Assembly: GCA_051294905.1 (NCBI GenBank)
Contig: CM119371.1
Span: forward strand, 29,452,001-29,516,000
DNA: 64,000 nucleotides
Source of the DNA: Botryllus schlosseri
Lineage: Eukaryota
Reading direction: 5' to 3'
The notes beneath the pieces are model-generated. The model did not search any database. It had not been told where the DNA came from and was given only the letters and a program-made list of their open reading frames with translations. Within the stretch, counting starts at the first letter, position 1; every line of letters begins with the position of its first letter. A program made the translations under genes and the position numbers. Positions 1 through 12,500 of this stretch are shown in pieces.

Positions 1-68
1 GTATGATTGAAGAAAGCTCCGGAGCCGGAGCTGGAGCAGTTTAAATTTACGGCTGCTCCAAAGCCCTG
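1..68. mobile_element. End of a GGAGCC-repeat MITE
   Basis: GCTCCGGAGCCGGAGCTGGAGC...GCTCCAAAGCCCTG terminus. A related fragment lies at ~7725-7760. Confidence 0.5.
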
Positions 69-1407
69 CGCGCAACCCAGTGGTGTTGCAACAGTTAGTT
101 ATACCACTACGCTAACACCGCGTCCACATAGAAAGCTGTCACGTGCTTCGTAAATGTAATATATGGTATTGAATTCAGGTCCGTCAGAATAAAGATATAC
201 GCGGCGAAGTACGCTGCGAAACCTTATGGAGTCAGTTTGTACATCAATAACATGACATTACATATGGCATCTTGACGTTATATTTCTTATTGAACCTTTA
301 CCTCTTGTTAAGGGACATACGAAAACTTTCGAGTTGATAAAATATGATACAATGAAAGTAGTCCTGAAAGCAATATTTAAGTTTAGTACCGTCGGTCCCA
401 TATTCAAATAGCGATTTCAGTAAAATTTAGGATATGTGTTTTTCTGCGGATTTTGCGAGACAGTACACACCGAGCTTCACATTTGTCATCACCGCGCGTG
501 TACAAGTACATACTGGAATAGCAATGTAAGCCTGTACGTCGGAGGCTTTCGTTTACGATATAGCACATTTTGTTCAGGTTATGCGTTTATTTTCTAAGCC
601 ATGAATCTCACTTTCCAAGGCCCTTGTTGTTGTACTGTCCGCGACGCAATCGAAGTTCGTGTTGACGTCAGGCGCGTTTGAAATGAATGCGCCGACATCG
701 CTTAATCAAACCATTTCAAGGGCTTGTTTTGAGATCCGCCACTCCTGTGATTTCTTCGAATCATAGAATTCCCACATTCCAGGTGAAAGGCGAACTTTAA
801 TGGCGGAAGCTAATGGAAATGTGGCTTTCGCTTGATCATTTCTTGTGATTTCGCTTATCTACTGCGTCTATTCTCCTGTAATCAAGATCGGGTGCGGTTA
901 TTTTCTGGATACGGCGCGGTTCATATGTAGGCTGTCGTTTAGTGTGACATATTTAGTGGCTACAGTTAATATTACAATTTACTGTACGGTGCAAAGAGTG
1001 AAATGACGTAGTTTTGATGCGAGTATTTTTCCTCCTAATTCTGCAATCAAGCAAGCTATATTACCTTTGGCACGGTGTTGTGTATTAAGGTTGTTTCCAA
1101 TGAAGAATATGACTATTATCAACGGGTGGGTATTCAGTGAAAACATGGCAAACTAACTATTCTAAAGCTTCGCGGATATTATGTGGTAATCCCATAGACA
1201 AGCTCAGCTGCTAAGTCTCTAAATTTATGCTGTGCTAACAATAAGGTGTTGGAACAAGCGGCTATCATTAATTTGCCGCTGGCGTGCTTGAACTATGAAT
1301 TATGACCGACTTCATGCTTGTTAACATTGAAAATATTTAGCGATTCGAGAAGGAATGCCAGCAATCATTTGGCCAGATTATTATACAGATACGTTAGTAG
1401 CGTTCAA

Positions 1408-4400
1408 ATGAAGTCCATAGTTTGCTGTTGCGGAATATGGTTTACAGTGATACGCGGATCTTTTGCGTTGCCTGGTGGGGCGCCGAGCGGGGCTTGCAAC
1501 ACGTTCACGCCGCGACACGCAGATCGAGACAACGCCGGGAGTTTCATCAGCCCGCAAAGCTCGGATTCGCTACCTTACGAAATACGGCTCTCCAAATCGA
1601 ATTTCACAAGCAATGAGGTAGTCAGAGGTGAGATCATGTATTTCAATCGAATAAAAATTTCAAGGTATACCTATACTTCATTGTATATTACAAGTAACTG
1701 TAGAGGTTGCCAAATGGGTCAGCGTTGGTCCTCTAGTAAAATTAGGGGCAACGCCGTAAATTTCGAATAGAATACAAGTATCCTACATTTTTTTTTACTT
1801 AGGAAGTAGGTAAACATTGCTTGAAGTAGAGGTAGGAAATAAATGCGTGATGAAAAGTACTCAAGAATGTGGATTTTGTCGACTTGCCGCGTACTTTTAG
1901 CAGTTAGTCGCAGTTGACTACTTTCGAAATTGCAAGATGCCCCAAATGACAAGTGAAACTACAAACACTTTCACTTTACCAAAATAAGCTCAGTTACCGT
2001 GACACAAGGGCTTTTATTCCCATTATTTTTATTTTACGTAGTAGAAAAGTGTCACGTTTATGAGTGCATCCCATTAGAAACTTGCAATGCGTCCTCTGTA
2101 TCATAGAACAAAAATATAAATTCGAAAACCACATCTCCTTGTAGTCGACATTATTCACCCTGCGTTAACCGTGAAAGTCACAGCTTCAATTTCGAAGGTA
2201 TATCCACAAAGCTGGACTGGCAAAATTAAACGGCATATCGCAACGATCTCCTAGAATTACTCACTTGAGTACATTTGCAATCGCATGTTTAGTACCTCAA
2301 CTTCAAGCAATGTTGCCAGGTCTTGAAATCGGATGCCCGACGTATAAGCAGAGCATGCGACAAAATGAAAAACCACAAAAGTGCATGGGACAGTTGGGAC
2401 ACTTGGGCATGCATCACTGCCGCATGTGACTTATTAACCCCAAACTAACCCTAATCTCAACCCTGTAACTCATCCCTATATATATCCTATCCCAACCCTA
2501 AATCCAACGACAACCTGTAATTTAACCTGCATGCTCATTTCTCGCATTTGTCGCATACTCATATATCCACGGGCCCCTGAAATCGTTAATTCCACGTAAT
2601 AGAATATAAATTTATTTCAATGTTTCTTCCTACACCTGACTATCCTCTTGATTATAAGTTTTTGGCCCCCATCTCCTGTGCTTGCGAGGCCCGTAAACAG
2701 GTCCAATTGTACAGATATGTGAATTGAATGTTCCAGTGTGGATAACGGTTACAAGAACCGGAGACGATTCCGGATATCGAGGCTTTCTTCTGCAAGCCCG
2801 AAGCAGCGCCAGTTTCGACAATGGGCCGCTGGGAACGTGGCAGAACCCGCCTGCGTTTACCAAAACGATGGATTGCAGCGGCGACAGCGATGCGATGACG
2901 CACAGTGAAGTCACAAACGTCAAAAACGAGGACACGGTTTTCGAGTGGAAGGCGCCGTGCCCGAGTGATATAGGAGACGTTGTGTTTACGTAAGCACTCG
3001 GTTTGTGTATGCAAGCGAGACAAGTGTTATTTGGCTCTTGAACAATGTGTTGATTTTGCGCTAATTGCAACGAATCTATTGGCTGAGAAATCAAGTCACA
3101 GCCGCGTCACAGCTAGTCAAGTATGTTTTTGCAATGCTTCAGCCTTCAACACAAAGTCAGATATGCAAATAATACACTGAGTCGACCCTAATTTCTCGGA
3201 TCATTCAAATAACCACTTCCACTTCTACTTAATATGTTTTTATGCAAAGCTACTCACGATTTAGACATTGAATTTTGTAAATTAGAAAATATCAAGATCT
3301 AACTTGTTTTAACACCTTATTCAGCGTCCACTTGCAACGTAATAATTTTATTTATCACACGAGCTTTCGGAGCTCCGTTCCTTCCTCAGGTGCTAAAGTG
3401 AAAATAACGCAAATCGATTATGAATTCAAACATATACGCATATTGCGACATCACAGAGAAGATAACTTTCAGGTCCGAAAATCGATTTGCGTTATTTTCA
3501 CTTTAGCACCTGACGAAGGAGAGGAGCTCCGAAAGCTCGTGTGATAAATAAAATTATTACGTTGCAAGTGGACGCTGAATGAGGTGTGAAAGCAACCAAG
3601 ATCGTAATATTTTCTATATAGTATGCTATCGGTTCAAAGAATTAGTAAATTGGAAAGTAGCTTTGGGAAATGTTTTGCATCGCCTTTACAAAGTATAAAT
3701 TGTCGTGACAAGCGGACGAAATAGCCTCCATACCACGGTAACTGAATTTGTTCTCGGAAGTTGCACAATGCACATATTTGCAGGGTTACCGTGTGTCCTC
3801 CTTTAACAGGAACATGAAAATGTCCTCCAATGACTCCTTTTTGATAATTCGCCCCCTATTATAGCTTTGATAGTCAGGCCATTGGACAGGCGCAACTAAA
3901 AACGCCATGAATGACGCGAAAACTCTAATGTGGATATTAGAGCGGGTCATTCGGTTGTAGGATAAAAAATCATTTTGGTTGACACAACAGTAGTATTATA
4001 GTAAAGTGGGTCATTCGGGACTCGAGTTGGATAAATGACCTCCATATCCCAAAATGTGGTAACCCGACATGTTTGTATTCATCATTTAGTCGCGAAAGAT
4101 CACCCGTCCATTTCAAAACAAGTCGCCTCCGACTAATCGGTGAGAGTATGCGATAGCTCAACTAAATCTACTTTATGAAACGATTACTAGCTCGCGTATT
4201 CTACAATTCCTCATTTCCACTTCCCTCGAAGTAGTTTTGACAAATGTTGAAAGTTGGGAATATTTACTTCTGCTTCTATTTATAGGATGAAAAAGCTAGT
4301 TTGAGTGACTATCGTAATAAATAGCGTGCATGAACGATAGGATAGCAACGGGGTGTCAAACTCAACTTGCCCCGCTGTTCGCAATTAAACCTTCAGACCA

Positions 4401-5557
4401 GTCGGATGATTCCAACATTTTACCTCAAAACCCAAGGCCTTCTTTCCCACTCGAATACTTTATTATCAAGCCTAGCACATTGCATATTATTACAGATCAT
4501 TAGGTTTCTATTCCCGCAAGCACCTTCATTCGTGAACGGCAGTGACATTGCAAAAAAAGCAATGGTAAATATAAACCGCTAAAGCAATGATTCTAACGAC
4601 AAAATAACTTGGCTGGCCGGATTAGTCCCGCGGGATGTGTGTTCGACACCCCTGGTACATTTGGTGTACAAGGAGGACTAATCTGCGTTATAGGATGCGT
4701 TATCAACGTCACGATCCTAACGACGTTGGTACTCTGAATTGCGAGATTTTGGTAGCCGCAGATAATTTGGCACTTCCCGGTCGCCTCTTCGCCTCTTCGC
4801 CTCTTTTATTACATGTTAACAATCTTATGAGTTCATGTTTCCGTTGCGAACTATCACGTGGAGTGCATTCAGTGTCCTTTATAAGTTTGCTAGTGGTCAA
4901 TTGTAACTGCGCATAAGAGGCAGATGTCAAGTATTCGCAATACAATACTCCTTGTCAGAGCCGGGTAGTAACAAAGTATATTGCTTTTTCAAAGTAGCTA
5001 TGTTTTTAGAATATACTTTAACGCCTACTGGAAAATATTTATATAGGAAAAATGACTTCCTTCATACATTTAGAGTTTTCGTGAGCTGTAATTAGATTTG
5101 AGGTGATTTTCTATCATTTTTACAAATGAAACTGTATTAATTCTAGCCCCTGTATCACGGCAACGGAGTATCTTTTCGAATGTTGCCGCTTTTCCCGCGA
5201 CTAACGGCTTCTTCCATTTGAAGAAGATTTGACATGTCTTGGGAATCGCTACTGTACTTGTAATTCAGTTGAAATTTACAACTTTATTTTCACATCGACT
5301 TCAATAGCAATGTTGACTACTTTGACCAATTCCACTTCATGCTTTCTCTCAAATTCAGGGCCACGATCGCTCAATCGCGAGAAAGGTTCTGGCTGAACGT
5401 CACATCTGACGTAATCGCTGAAGTCGGTACAGCGGCGAGTGGAGATGACGAGAGGGAAACCGTGGATTGCTCGAAAGCTACTCGCAACGACGCAGCGCTG
5501 GCTGCCTCGATTTTTGTGGCGCTTGTGCTTACGTATGAACTGCATCGGATGATATGA
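1408..5557 (+). CDS. Reeler-domain protein (defence protein/FRRS1-like Reeler), secreted or GPI-anchored, 223 aa, 3 exons
   Basis: Exons 1408-1627, 2737-2989 and 5359-5557 have GT-AG junctions with matching phases (1, 2) and total 672 nt. The translation has a signal-like N-terminus (MKSIVCCCGIWFTVIRGSFA) and Reeler motifs PGGAPSGACNTFTPRH, YRGFLLQAR, LGTW, DCSGDSDAMTH, FEWKAP and VVFTATIAQSRERFW. It ends in a hydrophobic tail (AALAASIFVALVLTY). Confidence 0.9.
2330..2580. mobile_element. MITE-like element with internal degenerate TAACCC repeats
   Basis: Imperfect TIRs (GCATGCGACAAAATG / CATTTGTCGCATAC) flank a CTAACCCTAA-like tract. Similar architecture occurs at 19591-20273, ~25850-26140 and ~54990-55312. 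Confidence 0.5.
3358..3392 (-). ncRNA. Minimal hammerhead ribozyme (inverted copy)
   Basis: The reverse strand reads CAC-CUGAGGA-A-GGAA-cggag-CUCC-GAAA-GC-UC-GUG. Confidence 0.7.
3507..3541 (+). ncRNA. Minimal hammerhead ribozyme
   Basis: CAC-CUGACGA-A-GGAG-aggag-CUCC-GAAA-GC-UC^-GUG: 3-bp stem I, 4-bp stem II, an extra A after the core, and palindromic AGCU in place of helix III. Confidence 0.75.
4348..4654. mobile_element. hAT-type MITE
   Basis: TIRs GGGGTGTCAAAC / GTTCGACACCCCTG. Confidence 0.6.
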
Positions 5558-7470
5558 CTGCGACTGTGTGCATAATTACGTACTGGTCCGCAATTTAGTG
5601 TTTCGCAATTACGTTCGGGTGGTATTGTACGCATTTTAATACCCTATTTCTGAAGCCAACTAAGACATATATGCTTTAAGATGGATAAGTTGAACGCAAA
5701 GCATAGCCTTCTGGTTTTTGACGACATCATCTTTCTGTACACTACATTTTGTGTCTCTCTGATAGCACTTTCTCAACTAGACAATGGCTGGACAGTGTAC
5801 AATGTCTAGTTACTGGGTAAATTATTTACTAGTCGAGTGTTAATGGGGCACTGCGCTCTAAATATTATGTGGTCTCAAGTTATGGATAAAAATATGAACA
5901 AAGTTTTGACAGCGACCATTTTCTAAGAAAGTCACAGTATTCGAACTGGATGTAAAGGAATTGAACGAGTGTTACTATACAATGTTGCTTATCTCTGTGG
6001 TGTTGAGGTCACGCTACATCGCTTCATAACCCTATGCGAAATTTCTGGGATGAATTACTCTCCCGACACGATCAAGTAAGAAATCAGAGATATTTGTCAC
6101 CCGATAGTACAGAGTAAGTGTGTCTCACGTACCGCAGGTGGTTTGGTTACAAGTATGAAGGTTTACGACATACACTTGCTCAACGGACGACGTAACAACA
6201 AGGGTTGTTACCGGTAACAAGCTTCACGCAAAAGTATACCTGACTGAATGTTTTGCGTTTAGCGGGGTATGGCAAAATTCGGTGAAAAGATTAAAAGATG
6301 TGTATGTGTATCTATCAGTGAAATGTTCATATCGCATATGTTGTTGTATCGGTATCCACGATATTTCAACATCAGAAGTCATCTTACAACTGACCGGTCT
6401 ACATTTTATAGTTACGGAGTTGACGACAAAAAACAGGTCCCAAAACCCAATTTCAATAAAGTTCTTCGTGATACACCCAGATCGACTTGTCATGACTAAA
6501 CTTCCTAAGTGAACCTCGAAGGTTGGATTCTGGAGTCGCACTGGAACGCGACGAGAACTTGTAAGAGAATTTAGGCTTTCGCCTTGACTGTCTAGTCTAG
6601 ACATAACAATGTATTTCCAAGGTATCAGACTATTGCTACATTGAAATCGATCAGAGTGAAAAGCCGGTTTCTATATGCTATAGATATAATCTCATTAACA
6701 AGTTATACAGTAGCCAACACTCAAATTTGATCAATTTGTTTTTTAAGATACAATAAACATATCGAATTAATATAGATGCCATTAGCTTTTTTTACAATAG
6801 ACAACGATGCATTCGGTATATCAATTTCATTGGTGTCAATAATTTCTTGTTTTAATTAGCCTAATTCGCTAACTACCTACATGCGTGTAGTGTATTTCGT
6901 TCTTGATGTTATATGATTGCGGGCCAACCTGACTTGAGTCACAAAATATTCACAAACGGAAAACTAAATATTACGAGCCGCCTTATCTCACAAAGCAAAT
7001 ATATTTTCAGAATCGGCATGATCCATGCTCTTTTAGCATGCTGCCAGCGCCACGCAGAGAATGGTCCAAAGTTGCTGTGCAAAGAATTTCAACATAAGAT
7101 GTTAAAATCACGTGACAAATTGTAATCCAAGCAGAAGAGGTTCACATTGCAGTATACCTACGAAAGTCTCTATTCTGAGGTTCACCTTCACACACCGAAC
7201 ACAAACGTGAACCTCACGTTCACACCAACCCTACTCGATACGCCTCCTGTCGTGTAATAAAAAGTACGAATCCGGCTCCAATCAGACTCAGGTCGTGTAA
7301 TGAAAAGGTATGAATCCGGATCCGATCCAGATCAGGCCAAAAGGTAACATATCCCACGAATATCCACCACGACTGTGGCTCAATGCCTCCCTCTACCGCT
7401 CTGATTCTGGCTTGCTCAATCGTGCGCATTTCTCGCTAATACTCCGGAGGTATCAGAAAAAGTATGAATA

Positions 7471-7691
7471 CGGCTTCGAGTCCGACCGAGGTCGACTCCA
7501 GAATCCCTACCTAAGTGTTGGAGGTTTATCTAGGCTTCTCCTCGCCATCTCATCCGTGAATGCGGTGTCTCAAAAAGCCCGGAATTGGGTCGTGCTACAA
7601 GTCGGCAGTTACAGAATCAAACATAGGCTACGGCCTGGCGTAAATGACCATTGTAGTCGACAAACACCATAAATACCACAAACAACAACAA
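7471..7691 (+). mobile_element. tRNA-derived SINE
   Basis: B-box-like TTCGAGTCC, conserved body GTCGTGCTACAAGTCGGCAG, tail GTAAATGACC...GTAGTCGACAAACACCAT and a CAA-rich end. Same family as the copies at 16174, 17071, 17968, 20881, 37520 and 44808. Confidence 0.7.
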
Positions 7692-9512
7692 GACCTGGCC
7701 CAGATTAACAATTTCATCCAATATCTGCTCCGGCTCCGGCTCAGGCTCCATGCCCCGCTCTAGCTCAAACCACATAATTACACAGTATTATCGGACTCTA
7801 ATACGAATTGGGTCACGCCGTAACACTACGAAGCATTTATGAATTCTAAATAAATATTTCTACAGTTGGAAAAACAGTATTACTCTTTCCAAGTTAACTC
7901 ACAGTGGGTTCGGAAGCCCTCGTGGCGCGTTACGACATTGAGAGTCACCAAATGGTGTCAATCTCCAGCAACTCGGCAACACCGTAACTGGTTGCTTGCG
8001 TCGTTTCTCGTTCAGTTCCTGGGACGGTTCACTTTACCTATCAACGACGTGTTTGAACCCTCCTCATTTAGCACTACGTTGCTCGAAATTGCAGAGACAT
8101 TCTCTGCAGCGTACCTGATACTGGAAGGTTTAAAGCTCAGGCTTGCGAACATCTGCATATTATGTGAGCTTAGGGGGCTTGAAATGGCCTTAGTTTGTGT
8201 CAAAGAAAATCAAATTTATCAGTTACTCGTCGTGATCTCTCACGGCCATTTCACCATTGGCATTGCTGGGCAGTGGGCACCCAGTTCCCAACGTTAGAAT
8301 TACAATGTATAGGCCTATGTGTAACGCATTAGACTGATAAATAATCTTATCGGTGTGACATGAATATGACTTAACGATGCGCGATTACGGTCCTTGCATT
8401 TTTGAAGTCATCATCCTCCACCAGCTCTACCGTTACCTCTGATCATGTCGGCGGAGAGAGGATCAAAATTATATAGGAATATATGAAGAAACAGTAGCCT
8501 ATTATTGACATAATTCATTCAAATTATTACCCGACCAGATGGATAATATAGAAACCAGATGCATATAGTAAGCCCCTGGAAGTTGCATCGATTGCGCTAT
8601 GGTGGGCCCAAGATCAGTGTTTATTTAGGCGGGAGGGGGTGTAAAAATGTGGCTTCGGCCCTGGTTACGACTTACAACACACAGCCATATACTCCTGAAC
8701 CGTATCGTGACCACCTCCAGTCGATAGACTAAACTTTGCTGGTGTGACGTCATATTGATCGTGAATGTGTTCGTATCTAATTTTGAAATCCGCTAGTAAG
8801 CGCTAAAGAGCGTCCAGAACTTGTGTCACAAAAATATAGTAACCCTACGCTAAACGGAGTTGCGAAACACTGCATTAATTTATTGAAAGTCATCGAAACA
8901 ATGATACTTAAAACATCGTTTTCTTAAGAATCACTTTCATTTTGCTAGCGATGACCACTGTTTGCAGAGAGACGGAAGTGACTCCTGTGGTGAATCAATA
9001 TATTTTCACTGCATTCTCGACATGCTCCCGGTGCTATGTTTGCTAGCTTCCTGGAATGCCGCCTGCCTCATAAATCGTAGTAGCGGTCTCGATAGGCAAT
9101 TCATAAATCGTATCGCGTTTAACAGTTACTTACAGCTGCTCTTCAATATAGCGGGGATTTTTCAAGGATATAGGTTTGCTCGATTCTACATAACTATTTT
9201 ATTTCCTAATACTGGTGCACTTAATCAGGTCGCAATAAAAATCCAGTGGTAAAGTACAATAAAATAATATTCCACTCATATATTTTCACATCAAATTTAA
9301 TCACAGTAGTTATACTAATACCAGTAAAAGAAAAAGAGTTTATCAGGTTTCATCATCTGAAGTCCGGAATTATTCACAGATTAATTACACCTATGGACAA
9401 CATTAAAACCGACCAAGAGCTTATTGTTTTTCATGGCTTACTAGATGACACAATCGAGATATAAAATCATGAAAATGTCCATGAACATGAATACAATAAC
9501 AAATCAGCCGAC

Positions 9513-12500
9513 TTATTTAATTATTTGCCGATGTTTCATTTCTCTTGCTAGCTGGCACACCGAGCATCCCCCGCACCACATAAAGGAGCAACAATCGCTG
9601 CAGATGGAACCCTGTAAAACGAGTATTGGAAGTAGTAAATTTGTTTCTGGTACGTTCGGGCGTTTGCAATATACGTCCTTTAAACCGTTAATCCTGATGG
9701 GAGGTCAAGAAATGACACTTAACAGCATGTAACAGAGTGACAAATAAACAATTTACACATCTGAATTGGATGACATTGACTAATAAAGGATGAATTCTGT
9801 ACAGTAATAAGTGAAAGTACTAATATTATTGACGAAATTCAATTTTGAATCTGAAAAAAATAAATTTTCGTCGACATAGCGAATTCCGGTGACTGCATGT
9901 TCATAACATGACCATTACCACTCACGATACATCGCCAGATATCGTACTGGGGCAAAATGCCGAGTAGCTAAGCCCCAATTCCACCCTAATACCTAGCTAC
10001 CTACCTACCACTCGCGATTTTGGCGCCGTATAATGAGCCTGCTGGATGTAGGCATTATTAGATCAGTCTTGAGTTCATCGGAAATGGACATTGACATGTT
10101 AACATGGATATATAGCGTCAAATTGTTTCAATACGACTATTCCCTGGAATGCGGCGAAAGGCTACACGAGAAATCGAAATGCGGCCGTAAATAGCACAAC
10201 GGTTGACCGCCCCTGTCATAGGCGAATCATTTCTCACCCGTAAACTATAGCGAGACAGTCATCGGGGAATATGGTCAATGAACCATTAAAACGGAGTTGC
10301 ATAGACAAATGCGATGTATCTAAATATCAATTCAACTCAGTGACAAGTTATAAAAAGGGCGGTTTATTTGACATTGCAAAAAATTCCAAATATTGTAAAA
10401 AAGTTTACAGAGAATAAAATTCGTTTCGTTCCATTCGTTTGTATCGTAGCTGTTTGCACTATATGTGAACTTATCATCTGACATATTGCATCTTGTAACC
10501 AACTTTATTGGCCTACTGCTGTAGTGGGCCGATTGTCTGCTCATTGAGAGAGAGAGAGAGAGAGAGTCTTTATTTTCATCGAACCAAAATACATAACAAA
10601 CGGCAGTGATGGTGGTACAGAAAATATGCGTGCACAGTATTCGGTATTAGATAGGAATGATCGATAAGACCGTGAAGGTCATCTAGTCTGATCACACCAG
10701 CATCAAACAGGTACACTTGACTCTGAACAGTCTGGCTGTAAAGAAATGTTTAGTTAAAGGAAAATAGAAAAAAAATCAAACAATGGTGGCAAATGATCAA
10801 TGAAGCAATGTCTGGGCGAGGTAGGGCAACAGTGAATCATAAACGTTCAAATGAAACAAATAGGTTGACATGGCGTAATGCTGTACGTACGGCAATATCC
10901 TAACTGAAGCAAGACTGCGTGGGCATTGCATGGTTCTTATATCAAGAAGCGCACGATGATCAATTATGATGTAGACAACACTGTTAGAATGAAGCAACAC
11001 GGTGTGTCACTAGCAGTGTACGGACAACTTCAGTGTTGCCGGCCAACAACTGTTGCTGTTGAACGTTCTTTCTCCATTTCTTGCAAGCTACTTAGTAAGG
11101 AGAGACACTTTATAGCCGAGAATGTAGGAAAGTATCTTTCGTTGTACTACAACAACTGTTGATAATTTCTACAATAATGCGTGATGTAATACCGCAATTA
11201 CTCTTAGGTTCAGATTTCGTTACCATAAAGTATTTTTTTTCAAGGTAAAGTACTTTGTAAGGACAGACAGTTCCAACCAGAAATGAATATAAGTAGTTTA
11301 GTTTTAACATTACCGGCGAAAACGCCTAATTTATATACACGAGAGCAAAATGTAATTAAAATTAAGTTTTTAGACGTTAAAAAAGTCAATATTTTCAATT
11401 TTAGGTCAAAATCAATACAATAGTATCGTAAAGCGTGGCGCAAAGCAGCAGAATGTTCATTCCTGCCGTGAATTTACGATCCATGGAAATTTTGATATTA
11501 CCAAGCTATCGCGTGCATTCCCAGCACAATTACTTATTTTAATAATATACTGTGAACAAAGGGACAAAAAAATAGTCCCCGAATCGATAATCACTCTGAG
11601 AAGAATATGAAACGTTGTATCGCACCACGGAGTATTCTACTGTATGAAATTGGATGAGAGAACGAGTTATAATAGCTGCGATATGACAATATGACATTAT
11701 TACTAGCCAAAACACGAAAATGGTACGGTGTTGCAAAAATCCTAAATTAATACGGTCATGATGCATGTACACGAATTTCAAAATCCATTTCTCTAGTCCG
11801 GAGTCAGCCGATTCTCACCCTGATGCCTTGCTTTACTCTGAACACAGAACGCAGGGGAAGCTGTGCACAACACCCGACGCAGCAGTGCTCATCCAATTTC
11901 GTTGCGAGGTATGGCCCGTAAATGCATCCACAACACGCGACACGCAAACCTGAAAATGACATGCAGAGGAGATTAGCAACGATATACACTTTTCGGGACA
12001 TGGAATTAACTGCTGTCTACTTACTTCAATTACCACAGAGGTTTTGATTTCAGAATTTTTTCACGTGTACGTCATGTTTTTTGAGGCAAAAGCACTTACT
12101 GCGAAAGTTACAAACGTTATTTTCAGATGCTGGAGTGATATCATTCGTGAATAATATTTTCATAACGACAGTCAGTATATATGCCGAAGTATCATGGCAG
12201 CCTAGCATGGTTTTGTAATTGCGTCCATTTGTGAGGACAAATTCTCTCGAAGTTGACTGGCTATCTACAGTATTACAGATATTGGTGTTGTAGCTGCTGA
12301 TCATAACACTACGCCAGTGGTCGGGAACCTTTTTCGACCGAAGAGCTGTATTGGCCAAATCCTTTCGATCGCAACTCCCAAAGAGCCGTAGGCTACATGT
12401 CAGTCAACGTTTACGTCACAATGTAACATCCGTGACGTATTGGTAGCACTAATTAGGGATGGGCACAATGATTCGAGTACTCGAATCTGAATCGAGTATT

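Larger units (their letters stand above)
3283..3616. mobile_element. Non-coding fold-back element with outward-facing hammerheads (probable Penelope 3'-end inverted pair) in Reeler intron 2
   Basis: Inverted arms ~3283-3419 and ~3480-3616 flank a ~60-nt spacer. The inner ~105 bp are nearly perfect, and each arm holds a hammerhead core. Confidence 0.75.

Noticed and set aside
612..698. Possible first coding exon of a minus-strand gene (MSAHSFQTRLT...GPWK|GTGAG)
   Set aside because: Only 29 codons, no recognisable homology and no partner exon found.
7515..7585. HDV-like ribozyme in the SINE body (CTCCTCGC resembles HDV loop L3)
   Set aside because: The flanks do not form P3 and P1.1 in the required register.
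7866..8297. 143-aa ORF and most other short ORFs in the track
   Set aside because: No recognisable motifs. Most are antisense to real exons or lie inside repeats.
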